A stretch of DNA of 64,000 nucleotides from Mobula hypostoma (lineage: Eukaryota). How positions within the stretch are numbered: position 1 is the stretch's first letter; every line of letters starts with the position of its first letter. Below, in pieces: positions 37,094 through 49,448 of this stretch. The notes under the pieces are model-generated. The model worked only from the letters and a program-made list of their open reading frames with translations, was not told the origin of the DNA and searched no databases. The DNA lies in assembly GCF_963921235.1 (NCBI RefSeq), contig NC_086118.1, forward strand, positions 20,276,001 to 20,340,000, in the 5' to 3' direction. Both the position numbers and the translations under genes were made by a program.

Positions 37094-39163
37094 AGGAGCA
37101 CCAGGCCATTGTCTCCCACACCATCACCGACTTTATCCGCTCAGGAGATCTCCCATTCACTGCTACCAACCTTATAGTTCCCACACCCCGCACTTCCCGT
37201 TTCTACCTCCTACCCAAGATCCACAAACCTGCCTGTCCTGGCCGACCTATTGTCTCAGCTTGCTCCTGCCCCACTGAACTTGTTTCTGCATACCTCGACA
37301 AGGTTTTATCACCCCTTGTTCAATCCCTTCCGACCTATGTTCATGACACTTCTCACGCTCTTAAACTTTTCGATGATTTTAAGTTCCCTGGCACCCACCG
37401 CTTTATTTTCACCATGGATGTCCAGTCCTTATATACTTCCATCCCCCATCAGGAAGGTCTCAAAGCTCTACGCTTCTTTTTGGATTCCAGACCTAATCAG
37501 TTCCCCTCTACCACCACTCTGCTCCGTCTAGCAGAATTAGTCCTTACTCTTAATAATTTCTCCTTTGGCTCCTCCCACTTCCTCCAAGCTAAAGGTGTAG
37601 CTATGGGCACCTGTATGGGTCCTAGCTATGCCTGCCTTTTTGTTGGGTTTGTGGAACAATCTATGTTCCGTGCCTATTCTGGTATCTATCCCCCACTTTT
37701 CCTTCGCTACATCGACGACTGCATTGGCGCTGCTTCCTGCACGCATGCAGAACTCGTTGACTTTATTAACTTTGCCTACAACTTTCACCCTGCCCTCAAG
37801 TTTACCTGGTCCATTTCCGACACCTCCCTCCCCTTTCTAGATCTTTCTGTCTCTGTCTCTGGAGACAGCTTATCCACTGATGTCTACTATAAGCCTACTG
37901 ACTCTCACAGCTATCTGGACTATTCCTCTTCTCACCCGTCTCTTGCAAAAACGCCATCCCCTTCTCGCAATTCCTCCGTCTCCGCCCCATCTGCTCTCAG
38001 GATGAGGCTTTTCATTCTAGGACGAGGAAGATGTCTTCCTTTTTTAAAGAAAGGGGCTTCCCTTCCTCCACTATCAACTCTGCTCTTAAACGCATCTCCC
38101 CCATTTCACGTACATCTGCTCTCACTCCATCCTCCCGCCACCCCACTAGGAATAGGGTTCCCCTGGTCCTCACCTACCACCCCACCAGCCTCCGGGTCCA
38201 ACATATTATTCTCCGTAACTTCCGCCACCTCCAACGGGATCCCACCACTAAGCACATCTTTCCCTCCCCCGCTCTCTCTGCATTCCGCAGGGATCGCTCT
38301 CTACGCAACTCCCTTGTCCATTCGTCCCCCCCATCCCTCCCCACTGATCTCTCTCCTGGCACTTATCCGTGTAAGCGGAACAAGTGCTACACATGCCCTT
38401 ACACTTCCTCCCTTACCACCATTCAGGGCCCCAAACAGTCCTTCCAGGTGAGGCAACACTTCACCTGTGAGTCGACTGGAGTGATATACTGCGTCCGGTG
38501 CTCCCGATGTGGCCTTTTATATATTGGCAAGACCCGACGCAGACTGGGAGACCGCTTTGCTGAACATCTACGCTCTGTCCGCCAGAGAAAGCAGGATCTC
38601 CCAGTGGCCACACATTTTAATTCCATGTCCCATTCCCATTCTGACATGTCTATCCACGGCCTCCTCTACTGTAAAGATGAAGCCACACTCAGGTTGAAGG
38701 AACAACACCTTATATTCCGTCTGGGTATCCTTCAACCTGATGGCATGAACATCGACTTCTCTAACTTCCGCTAATGCCCCACCTCCCCCTCGTACCCCAT
38801 CTGTTACTTATTTTTATGCACACATTCTTTCTCTCACTCTCCTTTTTCTTCCTCTGTCCCTCTGAATATACCTCTTGCCCATCCTCTGGGTCCCCCCCCC
38901 CCTGTCTTTCTTCCCGGACCTCCTGTCCCATGATCCTCTCGTATCCCCTTTTGCCTATCACCTGTCCAGCTCTTGGCTCTATCCCTCCCCCTCCTGTCTT
39001 CTCCTATCATTTTGGATCTCCCCCTCCCCCTCCAACTTTCAAATCCCTTACTCACTCTTCCTTCAGTTAGTCCTGACGAAGGGTCTCGGCCTGAAACGTC
39101 GACTGCACCTCTTCCTACAGATGCTGCCTGGCCTGCTGCATTCACCAGCAACTTTGATGTGTG
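37094..39163 (+). mobile_element. Neptune-type Penelope-like element, 5'-truncated, RT + GIY-YIG, one frameshift near 37935
   Basis: FYLLPKIHK..GRPIVS, FTMDVQSLYTSI, GVAMG, LRYIDD; Cys linker CKRNKCYTC; GVIYCVRCSRCGLLYIGKT..EH; 13-bp TSD ttgataggggaga 37081-37093 / 39164-39176. Confidence 0.95.
39069..39104 (+). ncRNA. Minimal type I hammerhead ribozyme in the PLE pseudo-LTR
   Basis: AGTC-CTGACGA-AGG(gtctcgg)CCT-GAAA-CG-TC^GACT: intact core, 4-bp stem I, 3-bp stem II, palindromic ACGT in place of stem III. Confidence 0.8.
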
Positions 39164-39583
39164 TTGATAGGGGAGAGTGACTGAGTTGACTCCTCCCCTC
39201 TTTCAAAGTACTGGCGTTATATTTTCACTTTTCCCTAGGTGACGTGCAACCAAGGCTAAAGGACCTCTTAAAGTTTTGGACACAAGGAGGAAAGTTGGCT
39301 ACTTGAACCCATCAGGCACAAGTATTCCAGTTTTTCATCAATCCACAGTGCTTCAACAGCTTTCAGATGTTTTGAATGAGGACTGTAATACACTGACTCA
39401 GGTAGATCCACATATACCACCAGACATTAGTAAATAAAGAGTGCATCCTAATCTCTCTTTCCTAGACCGTCAGCCTTCACCCCCTGACTCAGAAGCAGGG
39501 CTGTTTAATGAAAGGTTCAATTCCTATAGGTTGATATTTTGAGAAAAAAGGTGTTGTTATTGTCAAAGGCTTAAATTAATTTA

Positions 39584-40266
39584 TTAGATTATTAGATTAC
39601 AGGACACGCAGTCCTCTTTTATTGTCATTTAGTAATGCGTGCATTAAGAAATAATACAATGTTCCTCCAGTATGATATCACAGAAACACAAGACAAACCA
39701 AGACTGAAAAACTGACAAAAACCACATAATTATAACATATAGTTACAACAGTGCAAAGCAATACCGTAATTTGATAAAGAACAGACCTCGGGCACGGTAA
39801 AAAAAAGTCTCAAAGTCTCTCGAAAGTCCCATCATCTCATGCAGACGGTAGAAGGAAGAAAAACTCTCCCTGCCATGAATCTCCAGCACCGCAAACTTGT
39901 CAATGCAGCACCCTGGAAGCACCCGACCACAGCCGACTCTTGAGTCCATCCGAAAACTTCGAGCCTCCGACCAGCCCTCCAACACTGAGCACCGAGCACC
40001 ATCTCTGCCAAGCGCTTCAACCCCGGCCCCGGCCGCCAAGCAATAGGCAAAGCCGAGGATGTGGGGCCTTCCCCTCCGGAGATTCTCCATCGCACAGTAG
40101 CAGCAGCAGCGAAGCGGGCATTTCAGAAGTTTCTCCAGATGTTCCTTTGTGCTTCTCACGTCCGTCTCCATCAAATCAGGATTGTGCACGGTACCTACTT
40201 AACAAATACCGATATCATTCTGGAGCGGCCGCGCGCGCTGCGTCATGACGCCATCTTCTCCTCCCC
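39584..40266 (-). mobile_element. Second copy of the non-autonomous LINE-derived element
   Basis: Homologous to 3071-3748; 5' GGGGAGGAGAAGATGGCG; AATCT-type tail; TSD taattta 39577-39583 / 40267-40273. Confidence 0.75.
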
Positions 40267-41064
40267 TAATTTACCACATTTAATGGTAATAATTGTATCA
40301 GAAGAAGCAATTCTGTTCCCAAAGATATAAATATTTGCAAACTGATAGAGGTTGTAATTTTTTCCCAAAGATAATACTGCAGTTGATCGAGATTCTAACC
40401 ATACTGACAAATGACACAAGTGATTCTGCAGATACTAGATACCTTGAATAACACACCCAAAGTACGTGAGGAAATCGGCCGGTCAGGCAGCATTAATGGA
40501 GGGAAATGTACAGTCAATGTTTCAGACCAAGATCCTTCCTGGCTATTGTCTCAAAATTTATGTACCATTGAACCAAATATTAGAATCAGATTCAACATGA
40601 TATGCTGTATATTCCCTTTTGTCCATGTGACACATAGCATTGTTTTGCTAATCATAGTAAATTTCAATCATTCTTCAATAAACGCAAATAACCATTTTGA
40701 CTCTATAGTGTTAATTGAGGGTTATGCACCACACTATTTACAACTTAACTGTCTGTAATTTTTCTGTATAATGTTTACAATAATACAATGATAAATCAGG
40801 CTCAGACCTAAATCAAATACAACATATGAACCAAACATATCCAGGCAGAATTGTTGTAAGTTCTTGGGCTTATTTATAATTCAATATAGCAAAGATGCAG
40901 TTTTAACTTGAAGGCATGCAAAGGAATTTTTAATATTATAACAGGACAAAGGATCAATTTTTCTACTAATGATAAGGTAACAACTCAACGTGTGCAAACA
41001 AAATGAATAAAACATCATTTAATACTACTCATAGTTCAACCTAAAGCAACAAAGGTAAGAAAAA

Positions 41065-41360
41065 AATTGCTCCCTTACATCTTCAGCAACCTGGATTCAG
41101 TCCAAACCTCTAGTGCACACTGTGTGGGCTATCCATGTTTTTATTTTGACCGTGCGTGTTCCCTTGGTGATCTCGTACCCTTCCACTTCCCAAAGATGTG
41201 AGGGTTGGTATGTTTATTGGCTACTGTAAGCTTCCTTAAGTGTGAGGGTGAAGTGGCAGAATCTAAAGCCTGTAGATGGGAATGTAGGAAGAAAGTTATT
41301 GGGAGAATGAGATTTCTCTAACTCTGTGGACTGAAATAGCTTCCTTCTATGTCATGTGAA
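41065..41360 (+). mobile_element. Decayed V-SINE-like SINE
   Basis: cagcaacctggattcagtcc head and ttccacttcccaaagatgtgagggttggta V-domain remnant. Confidence 0.45.
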
Positions 41361-41717
41361 AGTATGGATAAATCTAAAGATTTTTTTAAGCTCATGAAGA
41401 CAATTTTCCTTGGCACTTGTCCACATTTCCCTTGTGGACAACTATAAAGATGAGACTGATTTCCAGTGCTTTATGCTTTACCTAGAAAACTCTGGGTACA
41501 TCCAAATTTAAGACAAAAGACATGAAAGGGATATTACTCATTGTGTGAATTTCTGGAGACCATGCCTGAATTCTCCAGGAAAGAAAGAATGTCCTGAAGA
41601 ATGGACAATGCAATCAAAAAGGAATCTCTTCATACCAGACAAATAACCTCTTCCGCAATGTTAACAAGACAAAGGAGATTGTTATCAACTTCAGGAGAAC
41701 TAACATCACCCATATCT

Positions 41718-41930
41718 CTTACAGTATGCTGGATGAACTCAGCAGGTCGGGCAGCATCAGTGGAAACGATGAGTCGACGTTTCGGGCCAGAACCCTTCGT
41801 CAGGACAACCCTTCTTTCTGGCCCGAAACGTCGACTCATCATTTCCACTGATGCTGCCCGACCTGCTGAGTTCATCCAGCGTACTGTAAGTGTTGCTTTG
41901 ATCACAGCATCTGCAGATTATTTTGTGTTT
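41718..41930. mobile_element. Young palindromic PLE pseudo-LTR mini-element
   Basis: Near-perfect ~70-bp inverted arms 41718-41788 / 41820-41890, tail to 41930; intact hammerhead core on - at 41773-41806; TSD-like atcacccata 41705-41714 / atcactcata 41931-41940. Confidence 0.85.
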
Positions 41931-42625
41931 ATCACTCATACTTCTCTTTACTTCAGTGGCACAGTAGTGAAAACCGTTAGCAGTTTCAAACTGCTGAGAG
42001 GACACATCTCCCACAATCTCTCATGGTCCCAAAACATGATCAGAAAAACCCAAAAATCAGAAAAGCTCTTTACTTTCTAAAGAGGCTGACATGAGATGGA
42101 CTTTGCACACCTGTACTCACTGGGAAACTGAAAGGTCTGAAGGTAGATAAGTCACCTGGAGCAGATGGTGTGCACTCCGTGTTCTGAAAGAGGTGTCTGA
42201 AGAGATTGTACAGGCGTTGGTAATGATCTTTCAAGAATCACTAGATTCTGGAATGGTTCTGGAAGACTGGAAAATTGCAAATGTCATTCCACTCTTCAAG
42301 AAGGGAGAGAGACAGAAGAGAGTAAGTTATAGGGCAATTAGTCTGACCTCAGTAGTTGGGAAATTGTTGGATTTGATTGTTATGGATGGGGTTTCAGGGT
42401 TCTTGGAGGCCCATGATAAAATACGCCATAGTCAGCATTGTTTCCTCAAGGGAAAATCTTGCCTGACGAATCTGTTAGAATTCTTTGAAGAAATAACAAG
42501 CATGATACACAAAAGAGAACTGCCCGATTTTGTGTACTTGGATTTTCAGAAGGCCTTTGAGAAGGTGCCACACATGATGCTGCTTAACAAGCTACGAGCC
42601 CGTGGTATTACAGGGAAGATTTTAG

Positions 42626-43183
42626 TGTAACCCACAGGTTCCACTGGCAGCTTACTCTAGGAGAGACAGCCTTCGACCTGGCCAAACTTGAGAAATCCTG
42701 TTTGGGTGGATGCTGCATGATGCGTTCCCCTGTTACAAATCAGTACCACGAAATAACAAACGGTACACAATATGCAATTAGTCAATTGAGCTTTATAATT
42801 CTTAATTTGACTATAGGGTTAGTAAAGAAAACAAGAAAGAAAAAGGGCCCATTCTCATGAAACAGTCTAATGCGCAATATTGGAGCTCACGGTTTTCCCA
42901 TCTGTTCGTTCTCCATTGATTTTCCCCCCAGGCATCATCTCCTGAACCCATTCCAAGTCCACTCCGTCCTGCAGATTATGACTTCCCCATTCTGGCATTT
43001 TCTCTCGCCATCTTCCGCCGAACCAAAAGCCCCCAAAACCTTCTCCCAGGCACACAAGAAAGAAAAATACACCTCTCATTGGACAGCGCACATTCCAAAG
43101 CCCCGTTATCTCTAGTCATAACCCAAACACTGCTGCTACAGAGAAACCATTACATTAGCAGTGAAACCTTACAGAGCGTTACA
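42626..43183. mobile_element. Solo LTR (558 bp)
   Basis: TGTAAC...GTTACA termini; cleanly interrupts the CR1; degenerate 4-bp TSD ttag / ctaa (expected CR1 site ctag). Confidence 0.7.
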
Positions 43184-43606
43184 CTAACATGGGTAAAGCA
43201 GTGGCAGATTGGCAAGGAGGCAAAGAGTGGGAGTAAAGGGAGCCATTTCTGGTTAGTGGTGTTCCACAGTGGTCTGTGTTGGGACCAGTTAGTTTTATAT
43301 TATATGTCAGTGGTTTGGATGAGGGAATTGATAGCTTTATAGCAAAGTTTGCAGACAATGTGAAGATAGGTGGAGGGGCAGGTCGTTTTGAGGATGTAGA
43401 AGGATTTAGAGAATCAGCAAAAAAATAGTAGATGGAATACTGTATCAGGAAATGTATGGTTATGCACTTAGGAGGAAGAAATAAAAGGGTTGACTATTTT
43501 CTAAGTGGAGAGAAAACACAAAAATTTGAGGTGCAAAGGGACTTGGGAGTCCATGTGCAGGATTTCCTAAAGATTAATTTGCTGGTTGAGTCTATGGTGA
43601 GGAAGG

Positions 43607-46600
43607 TGTGGTAAACCACATATATATGTTGTATCTGGGTTACCTGTCTGGACACACCCCTCTGCTGACTGCTCCTGTGGCTCCTCCCACAGACCCCTGA
43701 ATAAAGGCGATTGCGCCATTGCTCCTCCTCCTCAGTCCGGGGCAGATACTCAGCATGGTGGAGGTCACATTTTACTGCTAATAAAAGCCTTTCAGTATTT
43801 ACTCTACTTCCAGTCTTTTGGAGTTACTGATGGTGCATCAATTTTATTAGCAGTAATTTTAAAGCATGGAACACGTACTGAGACACGACAAGTTAGACCT
43901 CAACTCGCAAACACCTGAAGCTGGAAACGCTTTTGAACTCTGGCTGGCCTGCTTCGAATCATACCTGGAGGAGATTGAAGTGACCGAGTCCACAGCGAAG
44001 CGCAGAGTTCTCCTCTCCAGGGTCAGTCCACGGGTCTACTCGATGATCAGAGACCAGCCGAGCTACGATGGTGCGATGAACGCCCTCAAATGACAATACC
44101 TGCGGCCGGTAAACACCGTCTATGCACGGCATCACTTAGCGACACAGCACCAGCGGCCCAGGGAATTGAGTGCTGAGTTTGTCCAGGCACTACAGACGCT
44201 CGTGCGGACCTGCGGCTGCCAGAGGCTGACGGCAGAACAGAAGCGGAGCTCCTAGTGAGAGACGCCTTCGTCACGGGGACCAGGTCAGTGTATGTGCGTC
44301 AGCGGCTGCTGGAACAAGCTGATCTTACCGTACGTTCGGCGATTGAGCTGGCCGACACGCTGGAGGCCGCTCTGCACAACTCTGAGGCTCTCCAAGCACG
44401 CGATTCCCCAATGGCCTCGTGGGCGCCGCAGACCCCGCAACCCACCGGCGAAATGACCTCGGCTGCTGCCAGTCGCGAGTCCGCAAAGTGCTACTTCTGC
44501 GGACTGGAGAAGCACCCCCGGAAACACTGCGCGGCCCAACAAGCTACCTGCTCCAGCCACGGAAAGAAGGGCCACTTCGCCAAGGTCTGTAAGTCCAAAC
44601 CACGAGCGGGATCAAGCAGCACTACGTGCGAGACATGGGGGTCGCCATCTTGCCTGCCGCCATCTTCCCTGCACACTGCCACCACGTGCAAGACGTGGGG
44701 GTCGCCATCTGGTCAGCACCACCTCCCACCACCTACGACTAACGGATGCTCATGGGGCACCCCACCACACCGGACTAAAACAGCGACTCAACCCTGGCCT
44801 CCGTGACCCTCGACCAAAGCGCTCCCCACCAGCTCACAAGGTCAATGATGGACATCCTGGTGGAGGGGCGCAGGACAAGCTGCCTGTTTGACACGGGCAG
44901 CATGGAGAGTTTTATCCACCTGGACACAATGCAGCATTGCGGACTCGTGATACGGCCGGTAAGTCAGAGGGTCGCCATGGCTTCCGGGTCACATACAACA
45001 GACATCCGGGGGGGTTGTGTAGCGACACTAGTGGTGTAGGGCACACAATATCAAGACTTTACATTACTGGTCATGTCTCAACTGTGTGCCCCTGTGCTAT
45101 TGGGGCTCGACTTCCAGAGCCACCTGAAAAGCGTGACAATGAAGTATGATGGGCCCCTCCCACCAATTACTGTCATAAATCCCCTGTTTTGTAGAGATAT
45201 GTCACATACCCCGCTACTGACCACACACACACACCGACCCACACATCCCACCCAACACCATGCCAACAGCCGCACTACCGACACCACTTGCGGCCTCTCC
45301 ACCCTCAAGATCCCTCCCCCACCGCTGTTCGCCAACCTGACCCCCGACTGTAAACCTGTGGCAACTAAAAGCAGGAGGTACAGCGCGGGGGACCGAGCTT
45401 TCATTAAGTCAGAGGTACAGCGGCTGCTCAGGGAGGGGATCATTGAGGCAAGCACAAGTCCTTGGAGGGCGCAGGTGGTGGTTGTTCGGAACGGGGAGAA
45501 AAATAGGATGGTTGTGGACTATAGCCAGACCATCAATAGGTTCACGCAGCTCGACGCGTACCCTCTACCCCGCATCGCGGATATGGTCAATCAGATAGCA
45601 CAGTACAAGGTGTACTCGGCCATAGACCTAAAATCCGCTTACCGTCAGCTCCCCATCCTCCGGGAGAACTGCCCTTACGCCGCCTTCAATGAGGACAGCA
45701 GGCTTTATCAATTCCTGCCCGTCCCCTTCGGTGTCACGAATGGTGTACCTGTCTTCCAGAGGACAATGGACCAGATGGTGGACGAGTGCCATCTGAAGGC
45801 CACATTCCCATATCTGGATAACATCACCATCTGCAGTCACGACCGGCAGGATTACGACAACAACCTCCAATAATTTCTCCAAGCGGCCAAAGCTTTCAAT
45901 CTCACCTATAACAAGGACGAGTGTGTGTTCGGAACCACCCAACTTGCTATCCTTGGGTGTGTCGTGGAGAACGGAGTCTTTGGCCCTGACCCCGATCGTA
46001 TGCGCTCCCTGTTGGAACTCCCTCTTCCCAACACCCTCAGAGCCCTCAAAAGGTGTCTGGGCTTCTTTTCATATTACACCCAATGGGTCTCTAACTACAC
46101 AGACAAGGCCCGCCCCCTGGTCAAGTCCACCACGTTCCCCCTCTCAGCCGAGGTCCGCGCGGCCTTCAGCCGCATAAAAGGGGACATTGCCAAAGCAGCA
46201 ATGCATGCGGTGGATGAGGCCATTCCCTTCCAAGTAGAGAGTGACGCCTCCGACTTAGCACTGGCCTGTACCCTCAACCAGGCTGGAAGACTGGTGGCAT
46301 TCTTCTCCCGTACCCTTCAAGGCCCTGAAATTCGGCACTCTGCGGTGGAGAGAGAGGCCCAGGCCATAGTGGAAGCTATTAGGCACTGGATGCACTATCT
46401 CCCTGGCAAAAAGTTCACCCTGCTATCTGACCAGCGCTCAGTCGCATTCATGTTTAATAACCAACAGTGGGGCAAAATCAAAAATGATAAAATTCTGAGG
46501 TGGAGAATTGAACTCTCCACCTTCAACTATGACATTATGTACAGGCCTGGGAAGCTCAACGAGCCCTCCGATACCCTATCCCAGGGAACGTGTGCCAGCG

Positions 46601-48044
46601 CGCAGATCGACCGGCTGTATGCCCTACGTGTAGATCTTTGCCACCTGGGGGTCACCCGGCTTTTCCACTTCGTGAAAGCCCGGAACCTGCCTTACTCCCT
46701 TGAGGAGATCAGGATGATGACCAGGGACTGCCAAGTCTGCGCAGAGTGCAAACCACACTTCTACCGACCCGAAAAGGCACCACTCATCAAGGCCACCTGC
46801 CCTTTTGAGCGACTGAGTGTTGACTTTAAGGGCCCCCTTCCCTCCACTGACCACAAGGTGTACTTTCTTAACGTTATCAATGAGTACTTGCGGTTCCCCT
46901 TCGCCATCCCCTGCCCTGACACCACTACCACGTCAGTTATAAAAGCCCTGCGCAAGCTCTTCACTCTGTTCGGATACTCATGCTATATCACAGGTCCTCG
47001 TTTATGAGTGACGAGCTGCGCCAATATCTACTGGCTAGGGGAATTGCAACCAGTAGGACCACGAGCTCTAATCCCCGGGGGAATGGACAGGTGGAGAAGG
47101 AGAATGGCACGGTGTGGAAAGCCACACTCTTAGCCCTCAGGTCAAAGGGACTGCCGGTCTCCCGCTGGCAGGAGGTCCTTCCCGAGGCACTCCACTCCAT
47201 CCGCTCCCTGTTATGCACGGCCACCAATGCCACCCTTCATGAGCGGCTCTTTTCTTTTCCCAGAAAGTCGACCACTGGGACCACCCTACCAACTTGGCTG
47301 ATGTCCCCGGGGCCAGTGCTGCTCCGGAAACATGCGAGGAGCAATAAATACTCCCCGATAGTCGAGAGGGTTCACTTACTTCATGCGAACCCCCAGTATG
47401 CCTATGTGGTTTTACCTGATGGGCGGGAGGACACGGTCTCCATCCGCGACCTGGCGCCCACAGGAGCACCGGGCCCCTACCCTGAACACTCCATGGTGAC
47501 TATTAACCCCCTATCAACCAATAAATATACCCACGAGACACCGCGCACTCCAAGCCCTACACAGACACCACACGACACTCCCATACCGGGCGTGACGCAC
47601 ACGCACGAGGGATTACCGACGCCTAACGTGCTGTCACCTCAAGTCAGGCCGGAGCCAGTACAACCACCATCGCCGGTGCGATCACCACCGGTGCTACGTA
47701 AATCACAGCGACGGACTCAACCGCCTGATAGACTTGACCTGTAAATATACATGTTTTAAATATTGTCAGTCACTTCACCCCACGGGACTCTTTAAAAAAA
47801 AGGAGGGGTGAATGTGGTAAACCATATATATATGTTGTAACTGGGTTACCTGTCTGGACACACACCTCTGCTGACTGCTCCTGTGGCTCCTCCCACAGAC
47901 CCCTGAATAAAGGCGATTGTGCCATTGCTCCTCCTTCTCAGTCCAGGGGCAGACACTCAGCATGGAGGTCACATTTTACTGCGAATAAAAGCCTTTCAGT
48001 ATTTACTCTACTTCTCGTCTTTTGGAGTTATTGATGGTACATCA
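43607..48044 (+). mobile_element. Full-length Gypsy LTR retrotransposon (Mag-like), decayed ORF, no tRNA PBS
   Basis: LTRs 43607-43840 and 47813-48044 (TG..CA); 5-bp TSD gaagg; PPT aaaaaaaaggaggggtgaa; gag-PR-RT-RH-IN order. Confidence 0.95.
43866..47744 (+). pseudogene. Gypsy gag-pol with stops and frameshifts
   Basis: Two Zn knuckles CYFCGLEKHPRKHC and CSSHGKKGHFAKVC; LFDTGS protease; SPW..RMVVDYS..YPLP..IDLKSAY..YLDN RT; ESDAS RNase H; H..CQVC, SVDFKGP and GNGQVE integrase. Confidence 0.9.
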
Positions 48045-49380
48045 GAAGGCAACTGTGATGTTAGCATTCATTTCAAGAGGAATAGAATATAAAAACGAGG
48101 ATGTAATGTTGAGGCTTCATAAAGCACTGTGAGCCCTCTCTGAGAGTATTCTCTGTCCCTTGTCTTAGAAGGGATGTCCTGAATCTGAAGAGGGTTCAAA
48201 GCAGGTCCACGAAAATTCTTCTAGGATTAAACGGCTTGTCCTATAATGAGTATTTGATGGCTCTGGACCTATATTCACTGGAACTCAGAAGAATGAGGGT
48301 TGACCTACATAATTGAAACCTATCGAATGGTGAAAGGCCTTGATAGAGAGGTCGTGGTGAGGATGTTTCCTATAGTGGGAGTGTCTAAGACCAGAGGACA
48401 CAGACTCAGAATAGAGGGGCATCCTTTTAGAACAGAGTTGAGGAGGAATTTTTTTTAGCCAGAGACTGGTGAGTCTGTGAAAGTCATTGCCACAGTCAGC
48501 TGTGGAGGCCAAGTCTCTATGAATATTTAAGGCAGAGGTTGATAGATTCTTGATTGGTCATGGCATGAAGGGATACAGGTTGCGGGGGGCAGGAGTTTGG
48601 GGCTGAGAGGAAAAATCGATCAGCCATGATGAAATGGCAGAGCAGGCTTCATGAGCCAAATGGCCTAATTCTACTCCTATATCTTCTGGTCTACAATTCC
48701 ATAGATGCACAGTAGAGAACATCCTAACAAACTGCATCTCTGGATGGTATGGAAACTGAACTGCAGTAGTCAGGAAAGCTGTATAACATGTAACCAAAAC
48801 TGCTCAAGGCTTCACTTGCACCAGCCTACCCACCATCAAGGACATATATACAGAAGGATTCCAGAAAAGGGCCAGTAACATCTTAAAGGACCGTACCCAT
48901 GCTGCTCATGGACTGTTTGTCCCACTCCCATCAGGGAAGAGGCTACGTAGCATTCACACCAGGACCAGCAGACCCAAAATGAGTTACTTTCCCCAAGTAG
49001 TCAGGCTGATCAATGCCTTCACCCAATAACCCACCCTTCCACACCTCCAGCCATCACTACTTTTATTATTTCCTGTCAGTCACCTTATGTCCAGTACCCA
49101 GCATCCCCTTGTGGACATACAACCGATCTATGTATATAAGCTGTCTTTTGTATTTGTATTTAATATGTTTTTTTATTATTGTGGTGTTCTTTATCTTATT
49201 GTGGATTTTTTTGTGCTACGTCAGAGCCAGAGTAACAATTACTTTGTTCTGCCTTATATTTGTGTAATGGAAATGACATTAAACCACCTTGAATCTGAGG
49301 TGAGCTCTCTTTTCTTCTAACAGAGTGTGGAAAAGCTTATCAGACAAACTGAGGTGAAGATAGCTGCAATGGTAATACAA

Positions 49381-49437
<57 letters not shown>

Positions 49438-49448
49438 CCATCTCTCTC
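49381..49448. repeat. (CT)n microsatellite
   Basis: Imperfect tctctc... run seen directly. Confidence 0.95.

Larger units (their letters stand above)
42118..48691 (+). mobile_element. CR1 LINE fragment split by a solo LTR and a Gypsy element
   Basis: IFQESLDSGMVLEDWKIANV..DFQKAF (ORF 42193-42630), continued at 43184-43606 and 48045-48691 to the CR1 3' UTR. Confidence 0.85.
41620..49295 (+). mobile_element. Old Rex1/Babar LINE fragment (41620-42120 and 48692-49295) hosting nested insertions
   Basis: NVNKTKEIVINFR..LYFLKRL before the CR1; RCTVENILT..ILKDRTHAAHGLFVPLPSG after it; cttgaatctga tail. Confidence 0.7.

Noticed and set aside
37045..38451. 468-aa ORF as an intact host or domesticated gene
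   Set aside because: It starts in flanking DNA, reads through a 5'-truncated PLE RT and leaves frame near 37935; the insertion has a TSD.
39239..39306. Exon-like DVQPRLKDLLKFWTQ (HECT-like LL.FWT)
   Set aside because: A stop follows within a few codons and there is no other HECT sequence; probably chance.
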